A stretch of 64,000 bases of DNA, taken from Diadema antillarum (taxonomy: Eukaryota). The stretch spans positions 1,612,001 through 1,676,000 of the forward strand of contig NW_027271015.1 in assembly GCF_040938485.1 (NCBI RefSeq), written 5' to 3'. The notes under the pieces were generated by a model. The model was given only the letters and a program-made list of their open reading frames with translations. It did not search any database and was not told the origin of the DNA. How positions within the stretch are numbered: position 1 is the first letter of the stretch; each line of letters begins with the position of its first letter. The position numbers and the translations under genes are program-made. Positions 12,911 through 23,720 of this stretch are shown one piece after another.

Positions 12911-13530
12911 TGATCAAACCTGTGAAATGGAACAAATATGAATACTGGAAAGCAAGACATTTTCGTAGCATGAAATTGTCATGAATTGCCACTGGCATTC
13001 AATGCATACAGTGCAGAAGAACTTTTGCATGCTTTTTGATTTTGTGAATTTTGGCTGTCACAAAATTTTAGAAATTGAAATGCATGCGAACATTTGTGGT
13101 TTTGCAGTATACAGTGATGTTGCTGGCCCTCTTATGCAATCTCCCCCAAACCCACTCCCCCCCCCAAAAAAAAAAGAAGATAAAAAGCTTATAAGTATGG
13201 AAATAGTTAAAAAGAAAATGGAAAAATGACTCCTACATAGAAAACTTCCAGCATAGCATCTTTCAGACATGACAATGTAAAATTCCATGGTACACCATGA
13301 TAAATATGTGTTATACTTAAGTATTCTATTATTTGAAGTAGAAGTATTGTGATATATCTCTGTACCATGGTGTCCTGTTGTTGGCCCTCCGCAGACGAAC
13401 CTGTAATGCAAGCAATGCCTCTATACCATCACAATAGAAGAAATGAGGGTAAAACTAGAATGAAACAAGCACTGGCACTCAAACATGTAAGACTCTTCAA
13501 GTATCAACATCATGGTTGCTGATGGAAAAG

Positions 13531-13673
13531 AATGGTTAGTTGGCCATGAAAGACAACGGTTTTGTACATTAATGGCTGACAGAGCCCACTAACCCAAATC
13601 AAAATGGTCAGTTGGCCTTGTTAAGACAATGGTCTTGTTCATTAATAGCGGACAAAGCTCATGTAACCAAAAT
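13531..13673 (+). repeat. Diverged two-unit tandem repeat, ~72-bp period
   Basis: AATGGTTAGTTGGCCATG...AAGACAACGGTTTTGTACATTAATGG at 13531 versus AATGGTCAGTTGGCCTTG...AAGACAATGGTCTTGTTCATTAATAG at 13603. Confidence 0.8.
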
Positions 13674-16515
13674 GTTATTAGACATTGATACAAGTAGATA
13701 CTTTAAAGAGAGGTACATAAGAATTTGGGCAACAATAAAACAAAAGAGAGAGTGATCAGTTGCATGTTAAGTGAACAAACATAGAAATTGATCATGTGTA
13801 GTCTGCTGTACACTGTAATATAGCAGTAAAGCTCCATTTTTGTCCTTTGCATACTTCCTCACTACACTCTAATGTTTCCAACACAAAGGACATTAAAACT
13901 CGGGGCTTTAGAGGTTGCAGGATCACCGAATAATATCCTCTTTGTTGTCTGAAATTCCACTCGTCTCCCATTTCCAAGTCTGCTGTGTGTATATAGGAGC
14001 AGATAAAGGGGGAGGGATTACACCTAATTTCCAGATAAATTGATACTTTGTGCCTAATCCAAAGGCCAGTTCTCACTGCAAATGACAGGTTCGCTACTTG
14101 TATAACCATGCACATGTTTTTTTGTGACCACTTCTATGAATTAATTCATCGCCAGTCATGCTCGAGATTGAGCTGCGAAACAAACAAACAAAGTGTAAGC
14201 GAATGATGGACCAAGCACAGCCCTGATTGATGTCTGCAAACTGACATTTTAATAGAGCGCACGACTTGAACTTGGGCGGAAGTTTGGCTTCTAGCTTTGT
14301 GTGCCATTATGGCTGGATATAAGAAAAAAATACATGTAAAAAAGAAACAACACTTCTGATTTCATCCGGTCTGTGTTTAATGTTTGTAATTCCATCAACT
14401 GCGGCAACTATACGTATGCAAAAAATCGAGACTGCAGCTCATCATGTCATATAAATAGGCGTACCCAACACACTATTTGGCTGTGAAAATTTAAAGAACT
14501 GTTGGAGAAATCTCACACTCGCTCTTCTCCATGAAGAGGAAAAAAAAAATCACTGGTACAGGGCACGGAGTGGTTGGCTAATTATCCAGCACACACATAA
14601 TTTGAAAGCCTATGTATAGATGAAAAGATATTAAATGGCAGACACCTGAAATTTGGTACCTGGGGACCATGGTACCTTTACACTTTACAAGCAGCAGGAC
14701 TGTTGGAATGCTTAGATATGTGACTCTTCTATCATGATTGGCAAATCAGATTTCTCCACAATGCACATGATACCTTTCAGGCTGTGCATTGCATAACATG
14801 ATGTAAACTTAACAATGTTGTCGTTTTTGTTTTTTTGTTTGTTTCATTATCCATCTCATTCCTGTTGAGATTCTATGAAGATTGAAGGATTTTTCGTCAA
14901 AGAGATAGTATTTCTGCATTAATTGGGATTCATTGTGTGAAACTATCACTGATTAGATTCCACATGTTAGCATACTTCTTCAATCTTTGAAAAAAAAAAT
15001 CATTGTTGTTTAAATTTTATGCCAGTGTGAACACATCCTTTATTCTTCTACCCAACTTCCACATCTGCTTCCACACTGGATTTGCCATCATTGTCCCTCC
15101 ATAATAATAGAGGACTTTGAATGTTTGACTAAGTTTAGAGGTGCAGCAATAGGAATTGGCAAACTGCCATGTGTTTTATAAGTTTCCTGACCTATTTTTT
15201 TTTGGGGGGGGGGGGGGGGGGTGGGGGAGAGAATGGTAGGTGAATGGAAAAGGACTGTTCAGCTTGCATTGATTTAATGTCTTAAAAGTTAGTTGCACTC
15301 ATTTCCACAGCTTCCTACTTCCACATAATTTCACTTCTTGATATCATGTGTAGTGAAAAGTGTGTATATAACAGTTGTGTAACTTGCGCTTGGCTGTGAA
15401 AATAGTGCAATGCTCCTTAAAATCACATTTAGATCACGATGTCAAAGGTAAATATGTAAGAAGTAGGATTGTTTGGCTATTTTAATCCACAATTTTAATG
15501 TATTTCAGGGCCACGTGAATGAACACCTGATGTTATTGGTATTGACAATGTCTAGAATGCAATATTTGTAGTAAGACATATATACAAACAATTTTCCATC
15601 ATTTGTTGTTGCCTTTGACATATTCACTGCCAACATATCTTACCTGGCAAATCAAACGTAATGTGAATCAACATACTGACACCTCATTGTCACATATGAG
15701 GCAAACTTATAGGCTACATGAACATGTTCAAAAAGTAAAATCCAATGTCTAATTTTGTGTCTAGAGGTATATGCTTCACGACATGATCACGGTCATACAT
15801 GTAATCGCACATAATGTCTGAATGTGTTTCTTCAATAGATCATGGGGAGGGGATTTTGCATGTTTGTTGTAGTATATCTTCCCCTAAAACTATGCCGATT
15901 ACTACATCCATTCAAAGCTTGGTGATCCTCATGAAAGTTCTTACTATTTGGGGTGGGGATTCAGGACTTCTGTTGATTTAATTGTGCTTCATTTTGCTTG
16001 CAATTCAAGAGTGGGTGGAGTGCCAATTTACCTATTTGAATGGAGGGTACAGGCATCATAGTCAGAAACAGTAAAACATTTTTTTTTTATTCTTTCTCCT
16101 GAGTCTACTGGCTTCAGACTGCGCAAATATGTTTGATAGTGATACAGTTTAGATCAGGGGTTTTCAGGTCCAACATTGAACCCAAAAGTTTGCGGTTTGG
16201 GCTGTAAACCCACTTGTGGGACACACATCTAAGAGGATCATTCAAGAACCCAAGGTCTCTCCGCTCAACATTCACTCTGGAATTGATGTAGATACTGCAG
16301 TACGAGATATACAGGCAATTAGTTCCCAGGAAATGAAGCAAATTTGGGTTAACCTTTGTGGTTTTGCCGAAAACAAAATTAGTGATTAGAAAAGTGGGGG
16401 AAAAAACTCAATTCACAGCATTTTTTGATTTTTCACTGCAAACACATGCCTGAAGCCAAATGAATCTCACTCCCATGTCCTTTGGTAAGCATACAAGCAT
16501 AAACATCTTTAGCCT

Positions 16516-16954
16516 TTAAAGGAAACCAAAACCCAAAGAGAAATGTGGATTGAGTGAAAGCAGCAACATTAGTAGAACACATTAGAGACAGTTTGAGGAA
16601 AATTGGACAATCGATGCAAAAGTTATGAAAGTTTAAAGTTTTGGTGTTGGAACCACTGGATAAGGAGACTGTACTTGAGTTTATGACATCATGTGTGGGC
16701 AACAATATAAAGAAAATATACAGAAAATTCAACATGCTTTCACTTTTCTTGTGCAATGAAAGAGCACTTGACTAACACCTTTCAGAAAGCAGTGGGAATA
16801 ATTGCTACCTTTAACATAATAAGGTCAGTATCAAGTTGATGGAATGTGTAATTTTCATGAGAAATTATTATCTTTTTTGTGGAATTCTCTTTATATTTTC
16901 TTTATATTGTTGTCCCCACATGACGTCATGATCTCTAGTAGTCTCCTTATCCAG
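16516..16954. mobile_element. Kolobok-type MITE, subfamily C (AGGAAACC termini), right end truncated
   Basis: TTAA-AGGAAACCAAAACCCAAAGAG...; colinear with 51098-51662 up to about 16954, where homology stops. Confidence 0.8.
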
Positions 16955-17400
16955 GAATGCATACTGTACTAAAATCTCTTTTAAAGGGCATATTGAAGAC
17001 TTTTGATGCTTTTTGACTTCCTGCTCAGAGTCTGTGTTCATCAAATCATGGACCCTACATGGTCTTTTGAATGCAGACTGTGTAGCACATCAAACAGAAA
17101 ATGAAAACTACAGTGGCAATGATAAGAATGAGGGGGAAAAAATGCCCACAAGAATTTAAAGTTTGCATTCTGAAGCGGTAGATAATGTATGCTGTAATTG
17201 ATCTTTGCCCTCTCTATCGGGCTCAAAATCTGTGATCACACAAATAAACTGTCAAAGCGATAAGAATGTTTCCGGTTTTCCGCCCTTTGAGTCTTGAAGT
17301 GTCCCGCGTGAGAGATTGTGGCTTCTCAAGCAGTATCCAGGTGTAAACAATGCCAATCCTTTTCTCAATCAGTATTCAGGTGTAAACAATGCGAGTTCTG

Positions 17401-17459
17401 ACGGCAGGAGTAAGATTTGATCGCGATCCTCATCGTGATCCAAATCTCACGCCTGTCGT
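17401..17459. other. Long imperfect hairpin (27 pairs), probably the centre of an old palindromic element
   Basis: ACGGCAGGAGTAAGATTTGATCGCGAT-CCTC-ATCGTGATCCAAATCTCACGCCTGTCGT pairs by hand with 2 mismatches, 1 bulge and 2 G-T pairs. Confidence 0.7.
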
Positions 17460-18412
17460 TGGGATACGCCTTGTGTGCATTAACAATGTCACACTACGAA
17501 AGTACACCACCCTCACTCATGCTACAAGTAGTGTGTAATGCGAGTCCCTCTGCGGCATTAATGTATTACTCAATGTAACACCATATGGAGACCAGGTGTT
17601 TTCATTGCTACGATCAGAATAGTCTTAACCAAAGCTTGTGGAGAGTATTTGATGACACATTTGAGCTATCACTATATGGCCTCCTACATAGATCACGAAG
17701 TGATCAATCTTCTTCATTTGAAGGCTCTTGCATCTTTGTCTCTGTAGTTGTTTTTTTTTTAAATTCTACCTTTACCTCATATTGATTCTTTATTTTGTTG
17801 TCATTTTTTTTTGCAGTGAGAGCAGGACATAGTTTCCATTGTTTGCTAGCCTCTAATAACTGTTTGCTATACATGCACGGATTACAATATTTCTTTCAAA
17901 TACGAGAGTACATCAAAAAGACCAAATTTCTTTCTTAGTCAAAGTTACAACATTCCTTCCCACTGATGTTGATGACTGCTGCCAAAATATACAGCAAATG
18001 TATTTGTCAGGAAAAAAAAATCAGAGAAACCCGAAGAATCTTTACTGATAAATCACGTCAGTAAAAATCACCATTGTGCAAAACAAGAAAAAGAATGATT
18101 TCTTATGATCTCAGATCACACAAACAATGTAGGTAGGATACAAAGGCTATAATCATCTGAGTGTAATTTGTGGACACACAGGTAATTATCTGTACAGTGA
18201 TATATGTGGAATCATCAATGTGAACGAAAAATTGGAACAATCACACCACTTCCGATTGCCTGCAATCTGTCATACGTGGACAGGCTTTTCATTTAGGGAT
18301 ATCTTTGATCATCTCATGTCCATTACTTTAAGGGATGCCCACTCTCTGTGAACTATATATTGGTATATACCATCACATGGATCTCTTGTTAACAACTTCT
18401 TGAAGCACTTGC

Positions 18413-18482
18413 CTTATCTTCCAGTTGGTGTTCCAATAAATCGGAGCCACTTCCCGCTGCACATGTTTGCAATTATGTCCAT
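18413..18482 (-). CDS. Weak candidate exon with GC donor ((D)GHNCKHVQREVAPIYWNTNWKI)
   Basis: Acceptor cattcattcatcttcag| and donor AAG|gcaagt. Only one frame is open through the 70 bp. No recognised homolog. Confidence 0.2.
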
Positions 18483-18770
18483 CTGAAGATGAATGAATGC
18501 TCTCTGAAAAGCCCCGCTTCCTCCTGTCCGGATCTAAAAGAGGATTTCCTGCAGATCTGTTGCCACTTCACACACTGAGTTTTACCGGTTCCTTCCTCCC
18601 CCCCCCCCCCCCTTCTTGATTTTCAGCTCGCTCTCTCTCTCCATTAAAGGGGCTCCTTCAATGGTCTTCAATACCCATTTCAGATCATTACAGGCACTGC
18701 ATGATGTATCAAGGAGCTATCAGAAACAAATGGTAGACAATTTGAACGATGAATGGCATACCTCGCTAAA

Positions 18771-18846
18771 ATGATCAATTTCAATGATCAATTTCAATGA
18801 TCAATTTCAATGATCAATTTCAATGATCAATTTCAATGATCAATTT
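18771..18846 (+). repeat. 13-bp minisatellite (ATGATCAATTTCA) x5.8
   Basis: Identical units start at 18771, 18784, 18797, 18810 and 18823, plus a partial unit at 18836. Confidence 0.95.
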
Positions 18847-20552
18847 TATGGCATCATTCTCGGGTGCTCATCTGCATATTCATGAGTATATGCATGACTG
18901 TATGCACGAGTGTGTGTATGGTGTGTGTGTGTATGTGTATATGTATAAGTCATGGTGGGTATTGGAGAGATGGATAGAGGGGAGTGCAGCAAACCTGTTG
19001 TGAATCAACTTTGAAATGGGATGCATTTTGGGTGTGTGCCAGAGACCTTCCAGCAGGTTGCCATGACAACAACTTAGCAAACCAGTCTACATCTCACAAG
19101 TGGTATCTTTTATATGAACGTCTGGTCTTCTGCCCAAATGCATGATGCCCAACCAAGACTGTCTGAACAAGCTCTGCATGAGTAAGCAGTACTGAAGGTC
19201 TAGGTAGCATGTAAGCTGTGTTATTGTCCTCAGTTGATGGAAAGTCCTGGTAATATCTACCTTAGATGTGGGGTTTGCTCCCTGAGTGGTACAAACATGA
19301 CGTGAGTGCACGTCTTTTGTTTATCAGTCTTTTCAGCGTGGAATGACCATCAATTCATGCATATCTTGTTTGGGAGGAAAAAGACATGGACTTCTGTACC
19401 AAATTGTTTTGAAGCAATACTTGTCCAAGGTCCTGAAAAGGAGATGACTTGCTACATTTTGATGATCTGTATGCTTTTCAGGGATAAGTTCTCTCACAGC
19501 ATCAACTTAACTTCATGCACATCAATGCATGTCCACGATCTCAAAATGAATGAGTTAACACTTTTTCAAGAAATTTTCTAAAGACATCGAAACCATCTTC
19601 ATTTAGCTGTTGGATGTAAAAATAGATGACATTTGATACACTGCGTTCATAAAAGTACCAACAACCCTCAAGAGGCATTTATCTCTGTAGCATCTTGAAT
19701 GTGACTGGCAATGAGGTCATTGAATCTATTTGTTATTTGTTGTCTTTATCAAGCTGTGTGAAACAAGAGTTTTAAATATCTCCAGAGCTAAACAGCCACT
19801 TGTGGAGTGAAAACCAGTGATCCTTTAAGTGAAGATAAGTCAGTGCAGGGATTCGGAAAATCCTGTGAGATTTGGCAAGTATATTGTGGGCATTGACCCC
19901 TAGACTGGGCAGAGAGATATGGAGTGGAGCTAGCAAGGTGTCGGGATGAACAACCTGTTCAAAACATGAGGCAAAAATGCTATGGAAATTAGTGAATTAT
20001 GCAGGCAACATCAACAGTACATTTTATTACACATGTATATTGGGTAATATATCAATCAATATCAAACTATTAAAGAGATTCGCTACGCATACACTTTTCA
20101 GTTAGAAAGATTACTGGAAGAATGCAGTAAGACAACATACAGGAATCAAAACTACATAGAAAATGTTTCTATTTAATAGAAACACAGCAAGAAAACAAAA
20201 ATGAGACTCATGTTACAAGTTCACTGCCCACTAAGAGACTGTCCACCCCGTGTAACTCCTCAAGATTATTTGTCAATAGGATATTGGACCCCGACTGATT
20301 AAGTTTCAGGGTTGCAACTTTAACCCAGCTCCTTTCGAGCACATCTAGAATAGTCTAGGATATTTTTGTCTCTTTCCTTTTGAAGTGACAAATTCCGCTG
20401 CACAGGTGATTTTTTTTTTTTTTGGCAACCCGTACAGCTTGTAGAATATGAATGAAATGCAGCAATATTGGATGGAAATTGCAGGAAAGAGGCAAGAAAA
20501 AAAGTGGATGGACAGTAAGTAAAGGGTGATGGGAGGATGAGAGGGGAAAAAG

Positions 20553-21090
20553 GGAAGTACAGGAGGAGGAGGGGGAGGAGGAGGAGGAGGAGGGGAAGTA
20601 GGGTGAAGAAAAGGATAGGATGGAACAAGAAGGGCTCTGAGAGGAGGATGTGCAGGGGCGGGGAAATGAAAAGAGATGTGAGCGGAGGAAAGGAGGAGTG
20701 AGTGGTGAAGAGGAAAGATGTAAGTATAGATACAGTGAGAAAAAGAAAATGAACAAGAGAAGAAAATGGCCAAGAGAAAATGAAGGAGAGGAGAGATTGG
20801 AGGAGAGAGTGAAGGTGAGGAGAAGATTAAGGAGAAAAGAAAATGGATGAGAGGAGAACTGAAAGAGGGAAAAAATGAAGGAGAAAGGAAAATGAAGGAG
20901 AGGAGAAAATGAAGGAGAAACAAAGGAGGAAGAAATGAATGAGAGAAGGAAGTGAAGGAGGAGAAGGTGGAGAGGAGGGAGTGAAGGACATAAGGAGAGA
21001 GAGAAGGGAAGTGAAGGACAGGAAGAGGGTACAGCTGAGGGAAGGGAGAGCTGGATTTAACTTGTCAAGACAAGAGGAAGGAAGGGAAAT
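20553..21090 (+). repeat. Purine-rich (GA) low-complexity tract with a 17-bp-period subrepeat
   Basis: Mostly A/G on the + strand; AAAATGAAGGAGA occurs at 20777, 20872, 20889 and 20906. Confidence 0.9.
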
Positions 21091-22927
21091 CTTCAGGCAT
21101 TTGATAGGAAAAAAGCTTTCTTTATGTCAAAGGCTTTTTTTTTCTTGCACATCTGAGCACAAGATGGCAAAGTGGAATCATTACAGATGTTTCTGCAGTG
21201 AAATACCATTGCACTCTGTACAGCAAGTGAGTCCAACCAGGCACAAAGAGAGATAGCCAAGTACAAAGTAAACTGTGAAGCTTTTCTGAAGTATATAGAG
21301 TCGTTAACTGATAAAAGACATCATAATACTACAGACAAGCAGACACGTTGCGATGAGCAAATCAATAGAATCGAAAAATGATAGGAAATAGACTGTAGCT
21401 CATGAGAGATAAGCATATGCAACAACTTCAAGAAATAAACTATTTATTGTATCACAGGGTGAGCTCGGTGTGGTTTAAAGGAAGAAAGGCAGTCAAGTGG
21501 TGCAGCTGTCTTTATATTGCTCATTGAGACAGGAAAACACGATTACAAGAATGGGAGGTGATGGAATGTAAGCATGCCTTTTGTTCCCATAATAAATGAT
21601 AAACCTTTGTATGTGTGCATCCATCAAGCCTGTGATTACTGGTCAAAATCTAAAGTTCAATGTATACGTGTGATTATGCATTCATGGCATTCAATTTCCA
21701 GTCATACTTCCAGACACAAAGAACCCCAGTATCTGGATGTAAGCAAAAGAAACCCTTATTCATGTGTTGAGATTCACTCCCCCTATCCCTGACACCCCTC
21801 CACACAATACATACATGAAAAGTTTACATAGCCAGACTTTACTAGCCTCACGTTTGTCTTCAAAAAAACCTCAAAGGCACAACCAGAGTAAAAAACTCAT
21901 AAGTGCCAAGTTTTTGTTCATGTGCAATGGTTCAGAATAGAAGTCTGTTATGATAAGTCTGATAGGATGAAAATCTAAGCCATGATACCATTATAAAATT
22001 GCTCAATATGACCATCCTGATATCTTGGCTATGTACGAGGCATCATGTATTCAAGTTGTACACTTGTCTTTGTGCCAATATGTCTCTGTGTGTTTCTAGT
22101 CCAATAAACTTAAAGTGTCTGGTCCTACACTGAGAACGGTTACTACCTCCAGCAGCCATTGCAGACACAATCTTAATGGCTTTTTGAGGTAGAAGTGCTG
22201 AAGGGGTTATGGTAATAAAAAAAGGCTACATGATATTGATATGAGTTAACTGAGTGCAACTTGGAATGAGTTCAAAAGTTAAAGGTTACTGTACAAAGTC
22301 TATGTTAAAGGTCATATTTTCTTTGATACTAACAGCAATATCCATTATGAATTTCATGCAGTCCAATTAAACAAAGGAAACAATTTGCAACAATTTGCAT
22401 TTTTAAATCCAGGGTTGTAGTAGGATGAAGTTCAACACAAAAATTTCACTAGTGATTTAATTACAAACTGAGAGATAAATCCATCAAAAGCTCATGTCAA
22501 TTGTACAGAAGAAAAAAAGCAAATCATTGGTTTGAATTTAGTGAACTAATGCAAAGAGGGTTAAAAGTCAAGGGTTCTGAGAGACAGTTTGCAAAATTTA
22601 TGTGAAATGAAACAAAACGATTCAAAATTCAATTAATTTCATTCAGTCTGACTGAGATGAGGGATCTCGAGTTTGCAACAAACTCACTCTTGGCTTTTCT
22701 TCAATTCTACATCACTATTACATCGTTATGTCTTTTTTTTCCTCCATAACTACGAAAGCAACGTGCAGACGTCCTCAGGGGAATGTTATACTATGACCAC
22801 AATGTAACCATGCTTTCTTTATTTTTCTTTCTTTCTATTTTTAGGTTCAAATCATTTTGATGTAGAGTTTCATACTTTTCATTTGCAGACCCTTATGATG
22901 GCTGCTTGACGACAACTAGAGTTCCTC

Positions 22928-23116
22928 TAGACCAATCTGACTTGGCAGCAAATCCGCCATACTGCGATGTCCCATGAGCGCACGCATGTGCTAAATGCAT
23001 GATACATATTGCGGTGGACGTGAGCCAGTCGCCATATATATCATGCATTTGTAATAGCGCATGCGCATGGGACACCACAATAATGGCGGATTTTGCTGCC
23101 AGGTTGGATCGGTCTA
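22928..23116. mobile_element. TA-flanked MITE with imperfect TIRs
   Basis: TAGACCAATCTGACTTGGCAGCAAATCCGCCAT versus the reverse complement of the right end, TAGACCGATCCAACCTGGCAGCAAAATCCGCCAT. The arms continue through CCCATG(A/C)GC. Confidence 0.75.
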
Positions 23117-23419
23117 CATACAGCACAGGTCATCTGTCTCATCGAGTCAGGAGTTGAAGGAGTGGACAAGGACCTTACACAAACAATGTCCTAAAAATAA
23201 TATGACTGAAATTAGAGAGGCAATTTAAGGACTCGTGTTCCCTGAACATCTCATATTGAATTACATGTGACACCACTGCATAATGGTGAGATGGGGTGGG
23301 GGGGGGGGGGGGGACAAGAGGCTATGCTTACATAGATTAATGACTGTCTCACTCATGCTCTATATGGTAATTAATATGTAAGTATGTACACCAGTATGAT
23401 ATGCATGCATCTTTCCCCC

Positions 23420-23720
23420 TCTCTGTAAACACCCATATAAGGTCATCTGTGTTAGCTGACCACCCTGCCATTAAAATGACCAGCGGTTGTCTCGGCTTAT
23501 CCCTCTACTGCTGTGAGCCACTAGGTGGTCAGTGTGTACACTTTTTGGTTGTCCAGTGGAAATAAAATCTGTGGTGGCTGGCTGCATTAAGCAGGTGGTT
23601 GCTTACGCACAGGTTTAATTTTTATTCATTTATCTTCTTTTTTTTTGGGGGGGGGGGCTGGAATTTTCATGGAACAGTGGTCATTATAAAAAGGTGATCA
23701 CTAAAGCAGGTCTGACTGTA
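23420..23720. mobile_element. Degenerate Tc1/pogo-like MITE remnant
   Basis: The right end GCAGGTCTGACTGTA resembles TACAGTCAAACC-type termini, and there are repeated GGTGGTC/GACCACC motifs. The left boundary is approximate. Confidence 0.35.

Noticed and set aside
12583-12998. ORFs spanning the first N-run (and those at 26541-27038 spanning the second)
   Set aside because: They are open only because N codons are not stops.
20320-21256. Long ORFs up to 192 aa
   Set aside because: Low-complexity translations of the purine/pyrimidine tract (poly-L/S/P/F or E/R/G).
21230-21370. EIAKYKVNCEAFLKYIES resembling the CR1 ORF2 linker (K.NPK.FWKY)
   Set aside because: A single weak motif with no supporting neighbours.
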